Source of the DNA: Methyloversatilis sp.
GTDB taxonomy: Bacteria > Pseudomonadota > Gammaproteobacteria > Burkholderiales > Rhodocyclaceae
Reading direction: 5' to 3'
Assembly: GCA_034004945.1 (NCBI GenBank)
Contig: JAVEVQ010000001.1
Location: forward strand, 28,796 to 92,795
DNA length: 64,000 nucleotides
Positions within the stretch are counted from its first letter, which is position 1. The number at the start of each line of letters is the position of its first letter. Shown here one piece after another: positions 1-9,226 of this stretch. The notes below the pieces were generated by a model, which saw nothing but the letters and a program-made list of their open reading frames with translations, had not been told where the DNA came from and did not search any database. A program made the position numbers and the translations under genes.

Positions 1-140
1 GGCGTGTCGCCGCGGATCATCAGGGCGGCGAACAGCAGCGCCATGCCGACCACCGGACCGGGCACCGGCAGGACCAGCCACTGGACCAGCACTTCCCCGA
101 TCAGCTGCAGCACCAGCAGCAGGGTGAGCGACGCGAGCAT
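1..140 (-). CDS. CidA/LrgA family holin-like membrane protein (5' part, runs off window)
   Basis: Manual translation MLASLTLLLVLQLIGEVLVQWLVLPVPGPVVGMALLF matches the LrgA/CidA signature (GE...LPVPGPVVGM); GGAGG RBS upstream. Confidence 0.8.
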   Translation of the reverse strand, partial: MLASLTLLLVLQLIGEVLVQWLVLPVPGPVVGMALLFAALMIRGDT

Positions 141-195
141 GAAGACCTCCGGCGGCGGGACATGACCGGATTCTACGGCGTCCGCAGATGTGCGA

Positions 196-224
196 AGGCC
201 CCGGTCCTTGCGGTACCGGGGCCT
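196..224 (-). terminator. Stem-loop downstream of the Fe3+ binding protein gene
   Basis: Inverted repeat AGGCCCCGGT...ACCGGGGCCT; U-tract weak. Confidence 0.45.
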
Positions 225-249
225 GTGCTGAGGGGCCTGGATCGCCGGA

Positions 250-1278
250 TCAGCGATAGCCGGCGCGGTCGAACACCTTCTGCGCCTGCGCCGTCGTGCG
301 CGCCAGTTCGCCCACGTTAAGCGTGTCGGCCTTGAAGTTGCCGAGCGACTTCAGTTCGGGGTTCGCTACCACCGCTGACTTCACCACCGGCCACTCGTTG
401 TTGCCGTTGGCGAAATAGGCCTGGGCTTCGTCCGAGGCGAGGTATTCCAGGAACTTGACCGCGGCGTCCTTGTTCGGTGCCGTCTTCAGCATGCCGCCAC
501 CGGAAATGTTGATGTGGGTACCGAAGCTGGACTGGTTGGGCCACACGACGCCGACCTTTTCCATCATCGAGCGGTCTTCCGCCTTGCCCGAGCGCAGCAG
601 ACGCACCAGATAGTAGGTGTTCGACACGGCGACATCGCATTCCCCGGCGGCCACCGCCTTGATCTGGTCGGTGTCGCCGCCCTTCGGTGCGCGGGCGAAG
701 TTGGCGACCACGCCGCGTGCCCACTCTTCGGTCTTCGCCTCGCCCCAGTGCTGGATCAGCGCAGCACCCAGCGACACGTTGTACGGGTGGGCGCCGGAGC
801 GCGAACAGAGCTTGCCCTTCAGCGCCGGCTTGGCGAGATCCTCGTAATTGGCGACGTCGGCCGGTTTCAGCTTCATCTTGTTGTAGATGATGACGCGGGC
901 GCGGGTCGAGAACGCGAACCAGTTGTTCTCCGGGTCACGCAGGTGGGCCGGGATGCGCTCTTCGAGCACCGCCGACTTGACCGGCGCGAACAGGCCGAGC
1001 GCGTCGGCCTGGGCCAGGCGCGAGGCGTCGACCGTGATGAACACGTCGGCCGGGCTGTTGGCGCCTTCGTTGCGGATGCGCTCGACCAGTTCGTCTTCCT
1101 TGCCTTCGATGCGGTTGATCTTGATGCCGGTCTGGCGTGTGAAATTCGAGTACAGCGCTTCGTCCGTCTGGTAGTGACGGGCGGAATAGAGGTTCAGCAC
1201 CTTTTCCTGCGCAAGCGCCGGGGTCAGCGCGAAGGCGGCGGTCAGCGCCGTTGCGAGGCGGATGATTCGGGATTTCAT
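250..1278 (-). CDS. Fe(3+) ABC transporter substrate-binding protein (FbpA/FutA family)
   Basis: Signal peptide; LNLYSARHY, SPADVFITVD, NTYY and HINISG motifs typical of FutA/FbpA. Confidence 0.9.
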   Translation of the reverse strand: MKSRIIRLATALTAAFALTPALAQEKVLNLYSARHYQTDEALYSNFTRQTGIKINRIEGKEDELVERIRNEGANSPADVFITVDASRLAQADALGLFAPVKSAVLEERIPAHLRDPENNWFAFSTRARVIIYNKMKLKPADVANYEDLAKPALKGKLCSRSGAHPYNVSLGAALIQHWGEAKTEEWARGVVANFARAPKGGDTDQIKAVAAGECDVAVSNTYYLVRLLRSGKAEDRSMMEKVGVVWPNQSSFGTHINISGGGMLKTAPNKDAAVKFLEYLASDEAQAYFANGNNEWPVVKSAVVANPELKSLGNFKADTLNVGELARTTAQAQKVFDRAGYR

Positions 1279-1360
1279 GATCGCTCCAGGGGATACGGTC
1301 GAAAGATTTGCGCGCGAATCAATGTTTCGCGACGCGGCCGGAAATTAGCAGAAGCATTTT

Positions 1361-1411
1361 GCAATTGCAAAGCATTCGCAATTGCGATACTGTGAATGCG
1401 AATCGTTCTCA
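1361..1411. promoter_or_regulatory. Probable Fur box(es) in a divergent promoter
   Basis: AATGCGAATCGTTCTCA (1395-1411) resembles the Fur consensus; AT-rich GCAATTGC repeats; lies upstream of an iron-binding protein gene. Confidence 0.65.
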
Positions 1412-1424
1412 AAAGGATGTTCGC

Positions 1425-1742
1425 ATGGACGCTGTTCTGGTCGGGGCCGATCGCCTCGGCAACATTCCCGAGGTGCTGGCCGAGTTCGGCCTGAAGATCC
1501 GTCATCACATCACCGGTCGCGATCCCAAGCACCAGCGGCAGGCGCAGCGCCTGCCCGGCGGCACCGACGTGGTGATCCTGTTCACCGACTTTCTCGGTCA
1601 CAACGTGATGAAGGCCTACCGTGACGCGGCACGCGACAGCGGCGTGCCGGTGGTGGCCTGCCGACGTTCGGTGTGTGCGTTGAAGACGGCGCTGGAGGGA
1701 TGTGGCGCGGTCAAGTGTGCGGCGTGTCCGCGCGCGAAGTGA
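1425..1742 (+). CDS. DUF2325 domain protein with Cys-rich C-terminus
   Basis: MDAVLVGADRLGNI...VILFTDFLGHN motif; AAGGA RBS before the ATG at 1425. Confidence 0.75.
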   Translation: MDAVLVGADRLGNIPEVLAEFGLKIRHHITGRDPKHQRQAQRLPGGTDVVILFTDFLGHNVMKAYRDAARDSGVPVVACRRSVCALKTALEGCGAVKCAACPRAK

Positions 1743-1758
1743 GGCGGCCCCGAAGGAA

Positions 1759-2337
1759 TCAGCGCAGCGAAAGGCTGCTGCCCTGATCGACGTCGATCCG
1801 GCGGGCGCCGTTGAAGCGCTTGGCCCAGTAGCGGCCGGTCATGTCGTCGACCCGCACGCTGCCGCCGCGCGAATTGGCGTGCATGAACTTGTTGTCGCCA
1901 AGATAGATGCCAACGTGCGAGAACGAGCGGCGCAGCGTGTTAAAGAACACGAGATCGCCCGGCTGCAGTTCGTCCTTCGGAATCGTTTCGCCGACGCGCG
2001 CCATTTCGACCGCGGTACGCGGCAGCAGTACGCCCAGCGCGTCGGAGAACACGTGCCGTACGAAACCACTGCAATCGAAGCCGCTCTGCGGCGTGTTGCC
2101 ACCGAAGCGATAGCGGATGCCGAGCAGCGACAGGCCGTTGTCGATCAGATCTGTTACCGCATCGGTCGCGGCGTTCGCTTGCTCGATCACGCGCTCGCCG
2201 GAGAACGGCCCGTAGAGCGTCGTGAATACACCGTTGTCCGATGCCGCAGCAGGCTCGGCCCGAGCGGTGGGGGAGACGAGAAGCGCGCAGGCAGAGACGG
2301 CGCACAACCATACCCGGAGAAGGGATATTCGGAGCAT
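1759..2337 (-). CDS. NlpC/P60 (C40) peptidoglycan endopeptidase
   Basis: YRFGG, GFDCSG, GDLVFF and HVGIY motifs; signal peptide. Confidence 0.92.
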   Translation of the reverse strand: MLRISLLRVWLCAVSACALLVSPTARAEPAAASDNGVFTTLYGPFSGERVIEQANAATDAVTDLIDNGLSLLGIRYRFGGNTPQSGFDCSGFVRHVFSDALGVLLPRTAVEMARVGETIPKDELQPGDLVFFNTLRRSFSHVGIYLGDNKFMHANSRGGSVRVDDMTGRYWAKRFNGARRIDVDQGSSLSLR

Positions 2338-2462
2338 GGGGCCGGAATATACCGACGCGACCCCCATCTGCCAAGTTTTCCGACACCGCCAACATGTTGC
2401 GCGACAGCGTGCCGGCTTCCCCTACAATCACAGGCCCGACCGTCCCAGCCAACGCGCGGCCC

Positions 2463-3647
2463 ATGAGTGATTCCCTGCCCAGCGATGATGTGATGCACGC
2501 CAAGGTGCTCGTCGTAGACGATTCGCGCATGGTGCGCGCGTCCATCATCAAACGCATCCGCGACCGCTTCGAGTGCCGCGAGGAAGCCGATGGAGAAGCC
2601 GGCTGGGCGACGCTGCTGGTCGATGACTCGATCCAGGTCGTACTGTCCGATCTGAGCATGCCGCACCTCGACGGCTACGGCCTGCTCGAACGCATCCGCG
2701 CCTCGCACATCCAGCGCATCGCCGACATTCCGGTGATCATGATTTCGGGCGACGAGGACGACGCCGCGCGCGAGCGTGCGCGGGCGCTCGGCGCTACCGA
2801 CTTCATCACCAAGGGCATCGGTACGGTCGAACTGCTGTCGCGCATCGAATCGGCCAGCCGGCTCAGCAGGACGTCGCGCGAACTGGCCGACAGCCGCGAG
2901 GCGCTGGCCGCGGCCTCGCCGATCGACCCGGATTCGGGCATGGCGACGCCACAGTACATGGAAATCCACGGCGCACAGCTGATGTCGGCGGCCGCGCGCT
3001 ACGACGGCCAGGTCAGCGTGCTGATTGTCGGTATCGACAACTTCGCCGAGATCACACGCAACTTCGGTCGCCACGTGACCGACCTCATCATGCGCAAGCT
3101 GGCCAAGGTGCTGGCCACCAAGGTGCGCAAGGAAGACACCTTCTCGCAGATCGGCGACGGCCAGTTCGCCATCATCACGCCGGACATCAGCCTGCAGAGT
3201 GCGGAACAGTTCGCCAACCGGATGCGCAGCGTGATCGGTGCGACGGCCATGCAGTATCGCGGCCAGACGCTGCGCATCAGCCTGAACATCGGCGTCGCCA
3301 ACAGCGTTGCGGATCAGGCCCAGTCGGTATCGCAGATGCTGGGCCTGGCAGTCGCGCGCGCCGATCTGGCGCACCGCGAGGGGGGCAATGCGGTGCGTAG
3401 CACCGGTGGCGAGCCGCAGAAGTTCGCGTGGACCGCCGGCATCGTCAGCATCGAGCGTGCGCTGCTGCTGATCAAGTCGGGCGCACAGGCCGAAATCGAG
3501 CCGCAACTGCCGGCGCTGATCTACCGCTTGCTGCCGCTGCTCGAATTGATCGGAGTCAAGTACGACTGCAAGATTCCGCTCGAATGCTTGCGTGAGCACG
3601 CAGCCGAAGCCGATACTTCGCTCCTCGGCAAGCAGCAGCCAGGCTAG
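2463..3647 (+). CDS. Response regulator with REC domain and degenerate GGDEF domain
   Basis: VLVVDD...SDLSMP...DFITK receiver; the GGDEF-fold region reads SQIGDGQF at the active-site motif. Confidence 0.8.
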   Translation: MSDSLPSDDVMHAKVLVVDDSRMVRASIIKRIRDRFECREEADGEAGWATLLVDDSIQVVLSDLSMPHLDGYGLLERIRASHIQRIADIPVIMISGDEDDAARERARALGATDFITKGIGTVELLSRIESASRLSRTSRELADSREALAAASPIDPDSGMATPQYMEIHGAQLMSAAARYDGQVSVLIVGIDNFAEITRNFGRHVTDLIMRKLAKVLATKVRKEDTFSQIGDGQFAIITPDISLQSAEQFANRMRSVIGATAMQYRGQTLRISLNIGVANSVADQAQSVSQMLGLAVARADLAHREGGNAVRSTGGEPQKFAWTAGIVSIERALLLIKSGAQAEIEPQLPALIYRLLPLLELIGVKYDCKIPLECLREHAAEADTSLLGKQQPG

Positions 3648-3718
3648 TTCGGCAGGCAGAACGACAATAACAGGATCAATCAGGTCAATTCACAGTGGTG
3701 CGGGGTTGGAGGAGTTGA

Positions 3719-5608
3719 ATGTCAGCAAGCCAGGAGTTTCGTGCCCGCTCTATCGCCAAACGCGATGAGTTCTGGGCAGAGCAGGCCGGTCTGATCGACT
3801 GGCAGGCGCCGCCGCAGCAGATCTGCGATTATTCCCGTCCGCCCTTTGCGAAGTGGTTCGTCGGCGGCACGACCAATCTCTGTCACAACGCGGTCGATCG
3901 TCACGCGGCGCAGCGTCCGGACGCGCCGGCGCTGATTTTCGTGTCGACCGAAACCGACACCGAGAAAACCTACACCTTCGCCGAACTGCAGCGCGAGGTC
4001 GAGCGCACCGCCGCCATCCTGCAGTCGCTTGGCGTCGGCCGCGGCGACCGCGTGCTGATCTACATGCCGATGATCGCGGAAGCCGCGTTCGCGATGCTGG
4101 CGTGCGCGCGCATCGGCGCCATCCACTCGGTGGTGTTCGGCGGCTTCGCCTCCGGTTCGCTGGCGACGCGCATCGACGATGCGCGCCCCAAGGTGATCGT
4201 GTCGGCCGAGGCCGGCATGCGCGGCGGCCGGGTCGTCCCTTACAAGCATCTGCTGGACGAAGCCAGTTCGCTGGCCGAGCATCCGCCCGAGAAGGTGCTG
4301 ATGATCGATCGCGGGCTGGAGAAGGATTTCCCGCGGACCGAAGGCCGCGACGTCGACTATGCGACGCTGCGCGCACAGTACATGGATGCCCGCGTGCCCT
4401 GCGTCTGGCTGGAATCGAGCGAGCCGTCCTACATCCTCTACACCTCGGGCACGACCGGCAAGCCCAAGGGCGTGCAGCGCGATACCGGCGGTTACGCGGT
4501 GGCGCTGGCCGCGTCGATGAAGCACATCTACTGCGGAAACCCGGGCGAAACGATGTTCACGACATCGGACATCGGCTGGGTGGTCGGTCACTCCTACATC
4601 ATCTACGGTCCACTGATCGCCGGCATGGCGACACTGATGTACGAAGGCACACCGCTGCGCCCCGATCCCGGCATCTGGTGGAGCCTGGTCGAGAAGTACA
4701 GGGTGTCGGTCATGTTCTCGGCACCGACTGCCGCACGCGTGCTGAAGAAGCAGGACCCCGCCTACCTGAAGAAGTACGACCTGTCGTCGCTGCGTCATAT
4801 CTTCCTGGCTGGCGAACCGCTGGACGAGCCGACGCACGAATGGCTGATGACGGCGCTCGACAAACCGGTCATCGACAACTACTGGCAGACGGAAACCGGC
4901 TGGCCCATCCTGTGCGAACTGCCGGGTGTCGAGAAGACGCCGATCCAGCTCGGCTCTCCGGGGGCTCCGGTGTATGGCTACGACCTGCGCATCTTCCGCG
5001 AGGACGGCAGCGAATGCGGTCCGAACGAGAAGGGCATCGTCGGCATCGTTCCGCCGCTGCCGCCCGGCTGCCTGACCACCGTCTGGGGTGACGACGAACG
5101 CTTCGTCCGCACCTATTTCTCGCTGTTCAAGTCGCCGCTGGTGTATTCCTCCTTCGACTGGGGCATCCGTGACGAGGCCGGCTATCACAAGATCCTCGGC
5201 CGTACCGACGACGTGATCAATGTGGCCGGGCACCGCCTGGGGACGCGCGAGATCGAGGAGGCCATCCAGGCGCATTCGGCCATCGCCGAGGTCGCCGTGG
5301 TCGGTGTGGCCGATCAGCTGAAGGGCCAGTTGCCGCTCGCCTTTGCGGTGGTGAAGGACCCGGCCCGGACTGCGACTGCCGAGGAACGGGCCAAGCTGGA
5401 GAAGGAAGTGATGCAGACCGTGGACGGCCTGCTCGGCGCGATCGCGCGTCCGGGCCGGGTCATGTTCGTAAACGGCTTGCCCAAGACCCGCTCCGGCAAG
5501 ATGCTGCGTCGCTCGATTCAGGCCATTGCGGAAGGTCGTGATCCGGGTGACCTGACGACGCTGGACGATCCGACCACTCTGGATCAGGTGCGTCAGGCGC
5601 TGGCCTGA
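3719..5608 (+). CDS. prpE: Propionate--CoA ligase
   Basis: [28 protein letters not shown] and LPKTRSGK motifs; PrpE-type VQRD. Confidence 0.9.
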   Translation: MSASQEFRARSIAKRDEFWAEQAGLIDWQAPPQQICDYSRPPFAKWFVGGTTNLCHNAVDRHAAQRPDAPALIFVSTETDTEKTYTFAELQREVERTAAILQSLGVGRGDRVLIYMPMIAEAAFAMLACARIGAIHSVVFGGFASGSLATRIDDARPKVIVSAEAGMRGGRVVPYKHLLDEASSLAEHPPEKVLMIDRGLEKDFPRTEGRDVDYATLRAQYMDARVPCVWLESSEPSYILYTSGTTGKPKGVQRDTGGYAVALAASMKHIYCGNPGETMFTTSDIGWVVGHSYIIYGPLIAGMATLMYEGTPLRPDPGIWWSLVEKYRVSVMFSAPTAARVLKKQDPAYLKKYDLSSLRHIFLAGEPLDEPTHEWLMTALDKPVIDNYWQTETGWPILCELPGVEKTPIQLGSPGAPVYGYDLRIFREDGSECGPNEKGIVGIVPPLPPGCLTTVWGDDERFVRTYFSLFKSPLVYSSFDWGIRDEAGYHKILGRTDDVINVAGHRLGTREIEEAIQAHSAIAEVAVVGVADQLKGQLPLAFAVVKDPARTATAEERAKLEKEVMQTVDGLLGAIARPGRVMFVNGLPKTRSGKMLRRSIQAIAEGRDPGDLTTLDDPTTLDQVRQALA

Positions 5609-5623
5609 TTCCGCCTGCGCGCG

Positions 5624-5657
5624 AAAAAAAGGGCACCTGCGGGTGCCCTTTTTCTTT
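5624..5657. terminator. Bidirectional rho-independent terminator
   Basis: A7-GGGCACC-TGCG-GGTGCCC-T5 between convergent genes. Confidence 0.85.
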
Positions 5658-5672
5658 GCCTCCTCTCCGTTG

Positions 5673-6530
5673 TCAGGCTGCGACGATGGTGTGGCGGCCG
5701 CTCCACTGCTCTCCGGCGGCCAGTGTCCGCGTACGCTCGGCGATGGCTGGCTCGATGCAGATCATGCGGCGGAAATCGAGGTCGGGCATGTCGTTCAGCG
5801 CCCGGCACTTGTGTTCCCACGGATTCCACACGACCAGGTCCGGAAAGCCGTCGCTCTGGAAGCCGAGGGCGCGGGCGCCGTCGTGCAGCACGACCGTGTC
5901 CGGTGCCCGTCGGTACAGGCGGTCGACCTCGTCCTCGACGATCAGCGCGTCCAGCCTGTCGTCCTTGGCCTTGTCGCCGTCCGTCGCATCGAGATAGGAG
6001 GTGTTGCGCAGGCCTTCGAGGCGGCAGTTCTCGACTTCGGCGACGCGCAGATAGCTGTGCAGCGCGGCGGCGAAGTCGAAGGCGTCACTGCCGGTGTTGT
6101 CGACCGACAGTTCGAGGTCGAGCCGGTTGCCGCCGATCACCACGGTCAGTTCCAGCGCAAAGGCGTGCGGCCAGAGCGTCCGGGTCGCGTCATCGTCGGT
6201 CAGGCGCAGCGTGGCGATGGCGAAATCCTTCGATACGCGGGTCTGGTCGACCTGCCAGACGAGGGTGCGCGCGAAACCGTGTCGCGGGCCGCTGCCGCGC
6301 TCGGCGAACTGCGGGAAGACGACCGGAATGCCGCCGCGCAGTGCGCTCCGGCCGTCGAAGCGCGCCTGCGGCGACAGATACAGCCTTTCCTTGCCTCCCG
6401 CCGGCACCCAGGACAGCACCTGCGCACCGAACAGGCTGACCACGCAGGTGGCGCCGTCGGGTGCGCGCAGTTCGAGCGCGGGCTGACCGTGAAAGTCTAT
6501 GGTGTTAACAGATGCGTCGGTCGAGGTCAT
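5673..6530 (-). CDS. D-hexose-6-phosphate mutarotase (YeaD/aldose epimerase family)
   Basis: GAQVLSW, RGGIPVVFPQF, HGFAR, ALHSY, VVWNPW and CIEP motifs. Confidence 0.88.
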   Translation of the reverse strand: MTSTDASVNTIDFHGQPALELRAPDGATCVVSLFGAQVLSWVPAGGKERLYLSPQARFDGRSALRGGIPVVFPQFAERGSGPRHGFARTLVWQVDQTRVSKDFAIATLRLTDDDATRTLWPHAFALELTVVIGGNRLDLELSVDNTGSDAFDFAAALHSYLRVAEVENCRLEGLRNTSYLDATDGDKAKDDRLDALIVEDEVDRLYRRAPDTVVLHDGARALGFQSDGFPDLVVWNPWEHKCRALNDMPDLDFRRMICIEPAIAERTRTLAAGEQWSGRHTIVAA

Positions 6531-6580
6531 TGCGGCGGGCGACAGGAAAAGAGGGCGCACATGGTAGCGCCTGCGGCGCT

Positions 6581-7012
6581 TCAGTCGTCCAGTCCGGCGC
6601 GTACGCAGGCCACGTAGGCGGCGCCGTCCGGCGGCTGGCGGTCACGCTGCGCACGCCAGATCGTTTCGCCGAGGCAGTCCAGCACGCGATGCAGCGCCTC
6701 GTGTTCGTCGCCCAGTCGTGCGCGCTGTGCTTCGAAGGCGGCACGTATACCGGGCGGCTGATCGATCGCCAGCTGTTCCTCGATCGCCAGGTGCAGCGAC
6801 AGGTGCAGGAAAGGGTTGGTTTCGCCCAGCTCCGGCGGGTACTCACGGGTCAGTGCGCGTTCGCCCTGATCGAGCAGCGCGTGGTACTCCGGGTGACGAC
6901 CCATCAGGGTCAGAGCCAGCGTCTCCATCTGCGTCAGCGGCTGCGTGCCGCCGCGCTTGGCCCAGGTGTCGATGAAGAACTGGCGGGCCTGGTCGCGGGA
7001 GGGGTTGAACAT
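6581..7012 (-). CDS. DUF1841 family protein
   Basis: MFNPSRDQARQFF, HPEYH and GETNPFLHLSLHLAIEEQ motifs. Confidence 0.85.
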   Translation of the reverse strand: MFNPSRDQARQFFIDTWAKRGGTQPLTQMETLALTLMGRHPEYHALLDQGERALTREYPPELGETNPFLHLSLHLAIEEQLAIDQPPGIRAAFEAQRARLGDEHEALHRVLDCLGETIWRAQRDRQPPDGAAYVACVRAGLDD

Positions 7013-7179
7013 GGCGCGAAAAGCAGTCGGATACGGGCAGCTATTGCACCACAGCCAGCGATTTGGCGCCGGATTAGTACATTTGCATTATTTGTCGGGC
7101 TGATCATCCCGTGTAGCGTCACTGCTTCCGGTGGCGCGTCGGCATGGGGTCGTCGCGAAACAGGCTGAAGGAGGCTGGC

Positions 7180-8247
7180 ATGGCCCGAGTACGCTCATCA
7201 GTATTCTTTCCACATGCGTCCGAGGGGGTGCGACAGCGCGAGTTCCGCTTGCTGGTCGTGCAGCGCACCGTGCGCGGGCGCTTCAGCCCGCTGATCCCGT
7301 ACTGGGCAAGGCTGCCTGGCTGGCAGGTTCGTTCGGCCGCAGGCGTCACGTCGATGCGCTTGCCGGCGGCGGTGATGCGTCCGCACGCGGTGCTGGTGGA
7401 TACCGATCCGGGCACGGCGGCACGGGTGCTGCGTGATTTTCCGGAGGCGCATCAGGTTCTTCACGTCGATGAACGGACCGATCCGGCCGACGCAGCAGGC
7501 TTCGACGCGGTGGTCTGCTCGAGCTGGTGGCAGCGTGATCGTCATCCGGAGGTGCTGCGCTCGCGCATCGACGTCATTCACGAGGGCATCGCCAGCGCCC
7601 AGCCTGACGCCGCCGGCCGTGTGCTCAGCCGGGACGGTCGTCCGTTGTGCCGCGGCGAGCCCGTGCTCAGCGTGCTGATGGAGGACTGGTCCGACCCGGA
7701 TGACGCGCAGAAGCTCGCCCGCGTGCTCGCGCGGGTGCTGCGTGCCCAGGCCGGATATCGCGTGCTGGTGATCGGTCGGCCGTTGCCGTCGGTCAGCGGC
7801 TGCACGGCCGACTTGGCCCGCATCGACCTCGTCGACGATCCGGGCGAGGCGCGCCGCGGTGCACTGCTGGCAGTCTCCCGTGCGCACCTGCATCCCGGCC
7901 GCACCTCGCAGTCGGCACTCGAGGCGATGGCAAGCGCTTGTGCCGTGGTCGCGCCCGGACATGCGCCGGCGCGCGAGGTACTGCGGGATGGCGTCAGTGG
8001 GTGCCTGGTGGATGCTGCAGGCGCCGATGCGCTGGCGGACGCGGCGATCGGACTGCTCGATGACGCGGCAAGGGCCGAGCGCTACGGGCGTGAAGCGCGC
8101 GCCGACGTCGCCCGCGACTACGACGTAGCGACTGCGGCACTGCGCTATGCCCGCCTGCTGCACGGACCGCTGGACGACGAGGAGATCCTGCCGTGGCCAG
8201 CCTTGCCGTGCCGCGAGGGCGGCACGGCCTATTCGTTTCGTCAGTAG
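7180..8247 (+). CDS. Divergent GT-B/GT4-like glycosyltransferase
   Basis: AAGGAGG RBS; SxWQ...IDVIHEGI and ALEAMASACAVV...EVLRDGVSGCLVD GT4 C-terminal motifs; other motifs eroded. Confidence 0.65.
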   Translation: MARVRSSVFFPHASEGVRQREFRLLVVQRTVRGRFSPLIPYWARLPGWQVRSAAGVTSMRLPAAVMRPHAVLVDTDPGTAARVLRDFPEAHQVLHVDERTDPADAAGFDAVVCSSWWQRDRHPEVLRSRIDVIHEGIASAQPDAAGRVLSRDGRPLCRGEPVLSVLMEDWSDPDDAQKLARVLARVLRAQAGYRVLVIGRPLPSVSGCTADLARIDLVDDPGEARRGALLAVSRAHLHPGRTSQSALEAMASACAVVAPGHAPAREVLRDGVSGCLVDAAGADALADAAIGLLDDAARAERYGREARADVARDYDVATAALRYARLLHGPLDDEEILPWPALPCREGGTAYSFRQ

Positions 8248-9062
8248 GCGTTCTCGTCCACCTGTACCGCCTGCAGCACGATGGCGGCGATTTCCTCGAT
8301 CGACTTGTGCGTCGAGTCGAGCCAGCGTATGCCTTCCATGCGCATCAGTTTCTGCGCCGCGTCGACCTCGAAGCGGCAGTTCTCGATAGAAGCGTAGTGG
8401 CTGCCGCGCCGGCGTTCCTCGCGGATCTGCGCCAGCCGCTCCGGCGAGATGGTCAGGCCGAACAGCTTGGCGCGGTACTTCACCAGTTCGGTCGGCAGCT
8501 TCGCGCGCTCGAAATCCTCCGGAATCAACGGGTAGTTCGCCACCTTCACGCCGAACTGCATCGCCATGTAGAGACTGGTCGGCGTCTTGCCCGAGCGGGA
8601 TACGCCGACCAGGATGACGTCGGCCTGCGCCAGTTCCTTGTGCGACATCCCGTCGTCGTGTGCCAGCGAGAAATTGATCGCTTCGATGCGACGTTGATAG
8701 TCGGCGCTTTCTTCCATGCCTTTCTGGCGACCGACATTGTGGTTCGCCGCCTGGCCCAGTTCCTCCTCCAGCGGGCCGACGAAGTGCTCGAACATGTCGA
8801 GGAAGAGGGCATCGGCCTGACGCACGGTGCGCGCTACCTCGGCATTGACGATGGAGGTGACGACGATGGGCCGCTCGCCGTCGCGCAACCTGGCCTCGGT
8901 CATCCGCTCCACGCAATCGAGCGCGTTATCGACCGAATCGACGAAGGGAACGCGGGTTTGCCGGAATTTCATGCCCTCGAACTGGGAGAGCAGGCTGCGG
9001 CCGAGGGTTTCTGCAGTGATACCGGTACTGTCGGAGATGAAGAAGACGGTTCTCATGGCCAT
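8241..9062 (-). CDS. ppsR: PEP synthase regulatory kinase/pyrophosphorylase
   Basis: VFFISDSTGITAE, HDDG and GVSRSGKTPTS motifs; divergent from ppsA. Confidence 0.93.
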   Translation of the reverse strand: MAMRTVFFISDSTGITAETLGRSLLSQFEGMKFRQTRVPFVDSVDNALDCVERMTEARLRDGERPIVVTSIVNAEVARTVRQADALFLDMFEHFVGPLEEELGQAANHNVGRQKGMEESADYQRRIEAINFSLAHDDGMSHKELAQADVILVGVSRSGKTPTSLYMAMQFGVKVANYPLIPEDFERAKLPTELVKYRAKLFGLTISPERLAQIREERRRGSHYASIENCRFEVDAAQKLMRMEGIRWLDSTHKSIEEIAAIVLQAVQVDENAY

Positions 9063-9226
9063 TTACTCAGTAATCGGAACGTAAACATCACGTTGGACGG
9101 AAAAATTTCCGCAGCGCAACACCGACTTTAACTAGAATGCCGGCTTCCCGCGCACCTACCCGGTGCGACAGGAAAGTACACGGTCGCCGCAACAAGCGAT
9201 CGCCCCATGTTCAAGAGAGGATACCC

